A stretch of 64,000 nt of DNA from the IMG/VR virus record IMGVR_UViG_3300010357_001370, positions 1-64,000 of that record; one strand, given 5' to 3'. Every line of letters starts with the position of its first letter. Position 1 is the first letter of the stretch. Made by a program: the position numbers and the translations under genes. Under the pieces are notes generated by a model that saw nothing but the letters and a program-made list of their open reading frames with translations, was not told the origin of the DNA and made no database searches. This document shows, in pieces, positions 37,293-44,997 of the stretch. This DNA comes from a virus (lineage: Duplodnaviria > Caudoviricetes).

Positions 37293-37636
37293 AGATCCCC
37301 GTCGTCTTCGAAGTTTATCTGGCGAAGTAGCTCTGTAAACGTATTCATCTTCTCTGTGAGGGCTTCTCGAAGTGTCGGGGACTGGAGAATAGCATCAACT
37401 AGAATACTCGTATCCCCGCTAAGCATTTCAGAGAGACTGCGTAGGTGCTCGATCCCCATAACATCAACCAGGATGTCTAAATCTTCTTCTGCCTGATCTT
37501 CAGAGTTGGCTCCATTGTTAATGATGAGTCCGATAAGGACGTTCACTATTTCTGAAGGAACGGTAGGTTTATCAAAACTGGAAACGTCTCCAGTTCCCTC
37601 ATCTTCAAAATCACTCATCCGTATCCTCCTCATCAT
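37289..37636 (-). CDS. Acidic GDVSSF-motif protein 1 (likely start MSDFEDE)
   Basis: MSDFEDEGTGDVSSFDKP. Confidence 0.7.
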   Translation of the reverse strand: MMRRIRMSDFEDEGTGDVSSFDKPTVPSEIVNVLIGLIINNGANSEDQAEEDLDILVDVMGIEHLRSLSEMLSGDTSILVDAILQSPTLREALTEKMNTFTELLRQINFEDDGDL

Positions 37637-37934
37637 AGTATTTTTCGATTACGTATTTCAAAGCACCTACATGCCGTGAGATCTCTGACGATACATATTG
37701 CTTAAAGTCTTCGGATTTCATCAAACTATCAATCCACTCATCCGGATCCTTGAAAGTCTCCCACATTGTCCGAATCTCGCTCTCGTCAAATGTATTAAAG
37801 AGTTCGTCACTCTCATTATCCGGATGCCAACCACCAAAGATAAGATCCGTTAGAAGAGAGATTTCTTCTTCGTGAATACCAGGCTTCTGAAAGCTAGATA
37901 CATCTCCAATATCTTCATTATTAAAGTCGGACAT
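37611..37934 (-). CDS. Acidic GDVSSF-motif protein 2
   Basis: MSDFNNEDIGDVSSFQKP. Confidence 0.7.
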   Translation of the reverse strand: MSDFNNEDIGDVSSFQKPGIHEEEISLLTDLIFGGWHPDNESDELFNTFDESEIRTMWETFKDPDEWIDSLMKSEDFKQYVSSEISRHVGALKYVIEKYYDEEDTDE

Positions 37935-38266
37935 TATTCCTCCAACGGTTCGTCATCATCACCCTCTTCTTGTAAACTAATAATTGTCCCTGCTATTGCT
38001 TCTATTAAGCTATCTAAAAACGATACAAGTTCTGGGGACTGTAATAAATCGTCTACAATTCGCTCGGATGTTCGTGAGTGTATCGCCTGTATAATAATTT
38101 CTCGTTGCTCTTTTGTATAATCATAAGCAAGGCAAGATCGAAGTATCTCTGGATCTATATTAAGATAGATATCCTGAATTGTACTAAGAAGATTTTTAGA
38201 AATCTCTGCATCTATACGCGGAGCGTCAAATGACGAAACGTCGCCAGTATCCTCTAGGTCACTCAT
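37934..38266 (-). CDS. Acidic GDVSSF-motif protein 3
   Basis: MSDLEDTGDVSSFDAP. Confidence 0.7.
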   Translation of the reverse strand: MSDLEDTGDVSSFDAPRIDAEISKNLLSTIQDIYLNIDPEILRSCLAYDYTKEQREIIIQAIHSRTSERIVDDLLQSPELVSFLDSLIEAIAGTIISLQEEGDDDEPLEE

Positions 38267-38571
38267 AACCCGTCCTCCTCTAATGAGAACTCCATAGCGG
38301 TACAGATGAGGTCTATCAATCCGTCTAGAATCTGCTCTGCTGCGCCGTTTGTCATTAGCTCATCAATAACATCCTGCCGATTGGTATCCAATAGGGCTAC
38401 TATTCGCTCTTGCTTATCGGCGTAGGTAGACTGTATAGCATCGAAAAATACGTACGGGTCCTGACCTATGAATAAGTCATCTATCAAGGATTTGGTAAGG
38501 TCCGTAGCTTCCGGATTCTTAGATTGTTGAAGATCTGAGATATCCCCTTCAGCCTCAAATTCATCGCTCAT
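38263..38571 (-). CDS. Acidic GDVSSF-motif protein 4
   Basis: MSDEFEAEGDISDLQQS. Confidence 0.7.
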   Translation of the reverse strand: MSDEFEAEGDISDLQQSKNPEATDLTKSLIDDLFIGQDPYVFFDAIQSTYADKQERIVALLDTNRQDVIDELMTNGAAEQILDGLIDLICTAMEFSLEEDGL

Positions 38572-39599
38572 TATTTGTCTCCTTTAATGGAGTGCTTTTT
38601 AACTGGCTTCGATGTCAAATTGCGAACATCATACTCAGATACGTGATCCATATAGTGATGAATCTCTTCAAGTGTCATCTCATCGAAGTCTCGTGTAGTC
38701 GGACAAAGAGCTAAAGTTAGCAAGTTGTCCTGATTCTCATAATGATCCTTGATAAACTTGAGCCCTTCGAGCCCACCTCGATCCTGATCGAACAGTACAT
38801 GAAGCTTTTTGTCTTTTAGAATGCGAGTATGATACGGACTGAGGCGCACCATCGAAGGGCTGATTACGTTCTTGTACCCTGCGCGAAGTAGAGCCATAGC
38901 ATCTGTGACGCCCTCTACCATAATCAACTCATCATTCTCTTCTACTGTTTTGAAATTGAATAGATAGGACCAGGAGAATGGATTGTAGAACTTGTACATG
39001 TTCTTAAGAGACTTCTCATTCTTTTTATAGTGTAGGATTCGGAAAACGATTCCTCGGCACACACCGTTAGAATCGAACGATGGACAGCTAACTGCATGCC
39101 CGCTTCCATAGAGACGTTCCGCAGTCCTAATCTGGTCATACATAGAATGAAAAGCCTGTTGGACATAGATTGGATTATACTTCTTTGCTAATTGAGGAAA
39201 GAAATAGAAATCATTTTCGAACAGAAAGTCAGAAACGTACTCCCCAGGAGCCGAGATCGGCGGAAGCCAGAGACTGTTATCTCCGAGTTGATATTCTACA
39301 ATTTGAGCATCTGTAATGCCGCGGCTATACCAAAACTCTCTACCCGTTTTAGACATCATAAGATGTAGGTGATGCGCGATGTCCGTAAAAATAGCATTGA
39401 GCTCAGCCTGTACTCCATCAGGGTTAGCTACCAGAGGCTCTCCGACTAGTTCAAGAATCTTATTTCTGAATTCTATGTCGAAGAGCTGGTTTAGGTGTTC
39501 TAAGAAGATCTTAGGATCTACTTTATACATTTTCTCTAGGAGGCTTTTCTCCTCCACTCCGATGTATGTAAAGTAAATCAGATCATTCAAAATATTCAT
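38571..39599 (-). CDS. DnaG-like primase core/Toprim protein lacking a recognisable zinc-binding domain
   Basis: SRGIT...YQLG, GIVFR, LIMVEGVTDAMAL, LFDQDRGG, DFDE. Confidence 0.75.
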   Translation of the reverse strand: MNILNDLIYFTYIGVEEKSLLEKMYKVDPKIFLEHLNQLFDIEFRNKILELVGEPLVANPDGVQAELNAIFTDIAHHLHLMMSKTGREFWYSRGITDAQIVEYQLGDNSLWLPPISAPGEYVSDFLFENDFYFFPQLAKKYNPIYVQQAFHSMYDQIRTAERLYGSGHAVSCPSFDSNGVCRGIVFRILHYKKNEKSLKNMYKFYNPFSWSYLFNFKTVEENDELIMVEGVTDAMALLRAGYKNVISPSMVRLSPYHTRILKDKKLHVLFDQDRGGLEGLKFIKDHYENQDNLLTLALCPTTRDFDEMTLEEIHHYMDHVSEYDVRNLTSKPVKKHSIKGDK

Positions 39600-39617
39600 T
39601 TTACGTCCTTTTCCATT

Positions 39618-41654
39618 TTATGCGCGATTGCGAAGGAACTCTCGAACTTCCTTCTTTACGAACGGCGTGATATCCTCTTCAGCGTCCATTATTTCTTTTG
39701 CTTCCTCTACGTTGATACAAGTAGATATAGCACCAGATACTTCTCCATCTTCAGCTAATTCGTCGGAGTCATATCCAATCTGAATAACTTCTTCAAGAAG
39801 ATATTCGAGAACATCCTCGTCAATACCACCCTTAGCAATGCTGCCATTATAGAAGATATTACTAAAAAGGGATATAGCAGGACCGCCAGTCGGGCCCCAA
39901 CCATCTCTGGTACGCAGCAGCTTTCGAACATCCTCTCGAGTAATCTTCTTATGCGGAGAACCGACAGCGTCCGGAAACCTTTCAGGATCTGGGTCCTTAC
40001 CACACCACCAAGCTTCGAAAGCTCCGCTTCCATACGGGATAAGAGTCATTGCCCGGGTATTGATTTCATTAAATTCTTCATCAAATATCTGTAAAGCGGT
40101 TACGTAATTTGGAGCTTTAAGAATTTCTAGTACAGCCGGAGGAGCTGCTGGCTCTGGATAGTTGCTAACATCTCCCTGCTCTTCTTCTTCATTATCTTCA
40201 ATTCCGATATTCTTAGCTGGGCTGTCTGTACTGATATACCCAGACACCGGGTTCGTGTAGTACGGCTTCTCCGTAATATACCCCGATTCCGGATCTATGT
40301 CGATATCTGATTCTTCGAATCGATATTCTCGAAGAGCAGTTTCAATAAGATATGCCTGAGCTTTCTTATTACCACCTCTAGCAGCTTCGAGGAGCTCGTC
40401 CTCTCCATCCTCAGAGAAAAACTCTTCAAGGGCCTTTTGGATGATACCGTTAGCATCAATACCTTCTAGACTGCCTGAGCGATTTTTACGAGTTTGAGGA
40501 ATACCAGCTTCAACAAGATCCTGATTATCTTCTCCGTTTGGATCGGCCCCCGATACAGCCCAGCGAACTAGGGCTTCAAATGCATCAGCATCAAAGCCTC
40601 TTGAAATACTTCCATTATAGAATACATTGAAGAATAGACTGCTAAGACTGTCCGGGTCTGTTTCCTCAAGAGTGCGGATATCCTGTAATGTAATTCTACG
40701 CTGCGGAGACGGAACTAGAATATCTGGGTCCTGCGAGGAGCCCGTCCACCAACTTTCAAATGCTCCGTTTCCAGTAGGAACGTAAATCTCATCAGTCTCT
40801 TCATCCCAGAGCTCTCTGTTTTCATACGCAGCGTCGAGTCTCTTCAAAGCTTCTACGTAACTAGCAGCTCCACCGATTCCCCCAGCTACCTTATTTAGAA
40901 ATTGAGGCTCCTCGAAGCTAGAAACATCACCTTCAGTTTCCTCTTCATCCTTGAGGTTTGCTTCGTGCCATCTCTTTCTCTTTTCCTGAGGCTGGAAAGT
41001 CTCTAGCTCACGACGCTTGTTCTTTTGGGATAGCTCGGCCCACTTTTGTTTAATACCTTCTATACCCTGAGCGACCATTCTGCCAGGAGGAAGTTGTCGA
41101 TCTCCGTTCATCGACCCATCAAGTATCTCACTAAGGTATTCTCCGTAATCGAGGTTGCGAAATGCTACAGCCTGTCTAACAATTTCTTCCAGAGCATCTT
41201 CGGTTAAACCGGTATCGATGCTGTGGTTATAGAACATGTTAGATAGGAAGCTGAAGACTTCTTCGGGTTCATCCTTAGCAAGGTTCTTAATATCCTGGCC
41301 TGTAATCTGCTTGTGCGGACTAGGAAAGGCATCATCAATATGTCTACCGTACCCAGAAGAGCCCGTCCACCACCCTTCAAAAGCGCCAGCGCCAAAAGGA
41401 ATACCGCCGTCGACGATAACTTCCGGGTCTGAGTTGTACATGTCCTTGAAGATCTTCCAAGCGTCGTAGTAACTTGATTGGTTTGTAAGTAGTTGGGAGA
41501 ACTTAGCTCGGCTAGGCTCCTCGAATTTAGAAGACATGTCGAAGCCCTCAGCCTCGGGCTCCTCTTCTATCATATCTTCAACTACCGGGTCCTCTTTGAT
41601 ATACCCAGAAACCGGGTCTATTTCATTAGCTTCTCGCCACGTCTTTGGCTCCAT
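39618..41654 (-). CDS. Acidic protein with three copies of a novel domain; putative head-cargo polyprotein
   Basis: Three GAFE.WW.G...SP...IT..D....SN.FYN.SI units, each preceded by a GDVSSF-like motif. Confidence 0.75.
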   Translation of the reverse strand: MEPKTWREANEIDPVSGYIKEDPVVEDMIEEEPEAEGFDMSSKFEEPSRAKFSQLLTNQSSYYDAWKIFKDMYNSDPEVIVDGGIPFGAGAFEGWWTGSSGYGRHIDDAFPSPHKQITGQDIKNLAKDEPEEVFSFLSNMFYNHSIDTGLTEDALEEIVRQAVAFRNLDYGEYLSEILDGSMNGDRQLPPGRMVAQGIEGIKQKWAELSQKNKRRELETFQPQEKRKRWHEANLKDEEETEGDVSSFEEPQFLNKVAGGIGGAASYVEALKRLDAAYENRELWDEETDEIYVPTGNGAFESWWTGSSQDPDILVPSPQRRITLQDIRTLEETDPDSLSSLFFNVFYNGSISRGFDADAFEALVRWAVSGADPNGEDNQDLVEAGIPQTRKNRSGSLEGIDANGIIQKALEEFFSEDGEDELLEAARGGNKKAQAYLIETALREYRFEESDIDIDPESGYITEKPYYTNPVSGYISTDSPAKNIGIEDNEEEEQGDVSNYPEPAAPPAVLEILKAPNYVTALQIFDEEFNEINTRAMTLIPYGSGAFEAWWCGKDPDPERFPDAVGSPHKKITREDVRKLLRTRDGWGPTGGPAISLFSNIFYNGSIAKGGIDEDVLEYLLEEVIQIGYDSDELAEDGEVSGAISTCINVEEAKEIMDAEEDITPFVKKEVREFLRNRA

Positions 41655-41656
41655 TG

Positions 41657-43417
41657 TTATACTCTCCTTCTATGAGACTTTACATCTGCTATAGCTTTCT
41701 TAATTAGGGCTTCCTGCTTAGCAGGGTCTTCAGCTATGCTCGCGACAATCTTACGTTCTTTAACTGCTTGTGGAGTATTATTTTGAGAAAGGATTAGATC
41801 TTTAACATCCTGGCTCATCTGGGCTGCAAAGGGGCCATCTAGAAAGTCTACCATGTCCTTTTGGAATCCTAGTAATCTACGAATTGATGGTTTCTTTTCC
41901 GGGCTGCGCATGATTGCTTTACAGATAGCTTCCATTATAGTAGGGTCTAGCTCGCTTAGAGAGTGATTGTAAAATATGTTTGAGAATAATCCGAAGATCT
42001 CAAATGGTTCCTCTTTTTCTAGCTTCTCGATATCTTGAACCGTAATTTGTCCAAACGGAGATGGCCATTCATTAGCTCCCTGATCGTCTAAACCTAGCCA
42101 CCAGCGTTCAAATTGCCCGTATCCGCTAGGTATAACAGGAGCATATGTATCCTGATCCGGATCAAGAGAGTTATTGATTTCCATAAGCTCTTCAAACTTG
42201 TCATCAAAAAGCTTCCAGGCATCAAAATATGTAGGGCTCGATGCTATCTGCTCAGGCAGGATAGTTCTGCTCGGGCGATCAAACGACTCGACGTTACCCG
42301 TATCCTCTTCTTCGTCTACGCTCTCGTGAATACGTTTAAGTATGTAGTTTTTTGGATAATCAGGATGAGGAACTAAGGCCTCTACATTAAGAAGAGTATT
42401 GAAAATCTCTTCGCCCTTAGCTTGCGGAAGTTGTCTGATCTCTCCGGTTTGCGTATTGATAAGGTTGATAACGGTGACTAGATCACCATAACGACGCACT
42501 TGATCAGGCTCTAATAACCATCCGGGTTCTCGTAAAACGTCAATTACATCTCGAAATAGTGCAGGAAGTTTTGCAGGTAATAAATTGAGCGGAAATGGCT
42601 TGAGTGCTCTTACCTTACGCATATCTGATACAGGCTCGTCTTCTTCATTCACGGCTTCCGAAATATTCTCCTTCTTAAGACGATATGAATAACCTTGTAA
42701 TCGCGAGCTTTCTCCTTGATTCCATTTGAGTACTTTGATCTCGTCATTAAGGTACCGGAATAAACGAGCTGGACGCTTAGTAATTTTTTCCTTAGAGGTA
42801 CAGAGCCCGCTTCGTGTACACGTCTTAAGTACCAAGTAATCTACTGTCCAGTTACCTTCAGAACGCCAATAAACGATAAGTTCATTACTAGGTTCACGGA
42901 GAATATCTAATACATGGAGAAGCTGTTGTCGAAGTTCTGGATCTAGGTTTGGAGAGACTCTATTGAACGGGTACGGCTGGAGATCGGGTGGAATCTCAGA
43001 CGGGCCTTCTTCCTCATCTGTACTTTCTTGAATCGGTTTTTTGGCTAACTCGTATGTCTCTGCGTACTCATCCCAGTGTAAAAGGTGAGCATCGGTCAAG
43101 AAGTTCATAATCTCATTAGCACCCTGCCAATCGGAGACTCTGAGAATCGCGCTATCGGGTTCGATATCGATACTAGCCACATCGTAGTAAACGAGTTTGC
43201 CCTTAGGTGCATACGGGGAGAGCACTCCGGCTCCACGAGCTAGAATATCTAACGTGCGCATAAGGAGCTTTCGGAGTTCCGGATACCGAGGTTCATCACG
43301 ACCAAAGGTTTCCGGAACTCGATTATACGGATATGGAACGAGATCAAAAGGTACCTCGCTCGATACCTCCTCGTCCTCCATATCGTCCAATTGCTTCATG
43401 TCTCCCCCGAGTATCAA
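41657..43417 (-). CDS. Acidic modular protein: three PYP(F/Y)N modules plus one FExWW domain
   Basis: DLVPYPYNRVP / DLQPYPFNRVS / LKPFPLNLLP, then GNVESFDRP and GQFERWWLG...SNIFYNHSL. Confidence 0.75.
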   Translation of the reverse strand: MILGGDMKQLDDMEDEEVSSEVPFDLVPYPYNRVPETFGRDEPRYPELRKLLMRTLDILARGAGVLSPYAPKGKLVYYDVASIDIEPDSAILRVSDWQGANEIMNFLTDAHLLHWDEYAETYELAKKPIQESTDEEEGPSEIPPDLQPYPFNRVSPNLDPELRQQLLHVLDILREPSNELIVYWRSEGNWTVDYLVLKTCTRSGLCTSKEKITKRPARLFRYLNDEIKVLKWNQGESSRLQGYSYRLKKENISEAVNEEDEPVSDMRKVRALKPFPLNLLPAKLPALFRDVIDVLREPGWLLEPDQVRRYGDLVTVINLINTQTGEIRQLPQAKGEEIFNTLLNVEALVPHPDYPKNYILKRIHESVDEEEDTGNVESFDRPSRTILPEQIASSPTYFDAWKLFDDKFEELMEINNSLDPDQDTYAPVIPSGYGQFERWWLGLDDQGANEWPSPFGQITVQDIEKLEKEEPFEIFGLFSNIFYNHSLSELDPTIMEAICKAIMRSPEKKPSIRRLLGFQKDMVDFLDGPFAAQMSQDVKDLILSQNNTPQAVKERKIVASIAEDPAKQEALIKKAIADVKSHRRRV

Positions 43418-43423
43418 TCTATT

Positions 43424-43435
43424 GACTAATTAGTC
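43424..43435. promoter_or_regulatory. Palindromic candidate bidirectional late promoter GACTAATTAGTC
   Basis: 12-bp palindrome in a divergent intergenic region; contains ACTAAT on both strands. Confidence 0.55.
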
Positions 43436-43595
43436 GCATAGTACGCCATCCTTCAATATACCGAAAGTGTTTGTAGAGACTAACCTTTCTACAGTTCCCC
43501 ACATCCTCAGTAACTGAGGTTCTTAGGCGGTATATAAAAACATCTTTATCATAAAAATAAGAAGAATAGGCGCACCAAGATTAAGAGGAGATTCG

Positions 43596-44012
43596 ATGAC
43601 GTCTGCTGAGCATACCAAGTTTCGTTCTACTAAGATTTGGAAAGAGTTTCGAAAAAGTATTATACAAACCCGAGGAGCAATTTGTGAATGCTGTGGAACA
43701 AGGTATTCCGGAAAGAGAACCAAGCAGCTTCAAATACATCATAAAGATCCGGTCAATTATACAGATTTGAACCCTGAGAAGTTCGTTATTTTAGATTCCA
43801 GTTGCCATGATCTTATTGAAAGAATGTCCACTAAATTAAAGGGTTCGCGGTCAGGGGATATCCCCCACTTGGAGAATTGGATTAGACTTCTCTATACTTT
43901 TCTACCGTATGAAACTCAAAGGATAGTGGTTGAGAAATATGATGATTATCTATCAAGCAAGATGCCTGACGAGTGGAAAGATTTATGTAGGACAAACGAA
44001 AACGAGCCTTGA
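43596..44012 (+). CDS. HNH endonuclease
   Basis: CECCG, LQIHHKD, CHDLI; GAGGAG SD. Confidence 0.8.
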   Translation: MTSAEHTKFRSTKIWKEFRKSIIQTRGAICECCGTRYSGKRTKQLQIHHKDPVNYTDLNPEKFVILDSSCHDLIERMSTKLKGSRSGDIPHLENWIRLLYTFLPYETQRIVVEKYDDYLSSKMPDEWKDLCRTNENEP

Positions 44013-44730
44013 AGAACGTAGGTGCAGGCACGAATATAATGCATTTTCAAAGAATATGCAAACCTACTTTTATAGAGCGTTAAGAAAGTATGGAAAAGAT
44101 GATTTCGAATGGTCTATAATTTATGAGGCAAGCGAATTAGAGGATTTAGATGTACTCGAAATTCAATTTATAGAGAGTCTAAATACGCTTGTACCTAATG
44201 GATATAATCTTACGAAGGGCGGCGACGGTGGAGACACTTTTTCTAGACTTTCTTCTGAAGAACAAGATCAAAAACGAAGGAAAATGAGTTTAGCTAGTAC
44301 AGGACGTCGCGCTATTACTACGTTAGGTAGACAAAGATTAAGAGAGAATATGTTAAAAAATAATCCGATGAAGAGAGAAGAGGTTCGAAGAAAGGTAAGT
44401 GAACATCATGCTGATGTATCTGGAGAAAATAATCCCATGTATGGAAAAACACATACGGATGAAGTAAAAAAGAAGCTTTCGATTTTAGCAACCGGAAGAG
44501 TACCATCAGATGATGTTCGAGCGCTTTGGTCTCGACAACGCTCAGGAGCAGGTAATCCAAAAGCACATCCAATTCGATGTGTAGAGACGGGAGAAGTATT
44601 TTCTCACATCAAAGAAGCTCTTTCGAGGTATGGGCAAATTAGTATTTCAAGAGCAATACGAGAAAAGAAAACTGCTGGTGGTTATCACTGGGAGAGAATC
44701 ACAAAAGAAGAATACGAGAGTATACTATAA
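43930..44730 (+). CDS. GIY-YIG homing endonuclease with NUMOD3/NUMOD1 motifs
   Basis: IIYQ...GKIYVGQT, E..FI, NGYN...GG, NPMYGKTHTDEVKKKLS, CVETGEVF...GGYHW. Confidence 0.9.
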   Translation: MRNMMIIYQARCLTSGKIYVGQTKTSLEERRCRHEYNAFSKNMQTYFYRALRKYGKDDFEWSIIYEASELEDLDVLEIQFIESLNTLVPNGYNLTKGGDGGDTFSRLSSEEQDQKRRKMSLASTGRRAITTLGRQRLRENMLKNNPMKREEVRRKVSEHHADVSGENNPMYGKTHTDEVKKKLSILATGRVPSDDVRALWSRQRSGAGNPKAHPIRCVETGEVFSHIKEALSRYGQISISRAIREKKTAGGYHWERITKEEYESIL

Positions 44731-44742
44731 TAGGAGTAAATT

Positions 44743-44973
44743 ATGCATGCAGACTATAAATGTGAATGCGGAGAGCTGCTTGAAGTTACGTTCTCTATAA
44801 AGGATGGGCCGCCGAAGGAAGTTAATTGTCCAAAGTGCAAGAAAGCCATGCAGCGCGAGTGGAAGTCTGCAATTCATATTCCTCTAGACTTCGCGGACGA
44901 TCTCACTACGAGCATTAGTCAGCGCATGTTTCATGCAAAGCGCCCTACAGGAAAAGACAAGGTCTACTACTAA
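44743..44973 (+). CDS. FmdB-family zinc ribbon protein
   Basis: YKCECG...CPKC..M.R. Confidence 0.8.
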   Translation: MHADYKCECGELLEVTFSIKDGPPKEVNCPKCKKAMQREWKSAIHIPLDFADDLTTSISQRMFHAKRPTGKDKVYY

Positions 44974-44997
44974 CTAAGGTAAGAAGGTGCCTGAATA

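Noticed and set aside
43436-43595. Group I intron preceding the endonucleases
   Set aside because: No interrupted flanking gene and no recognisable P7 R/S elements; only a small hairpin (CCTCAG/CTGAGG).
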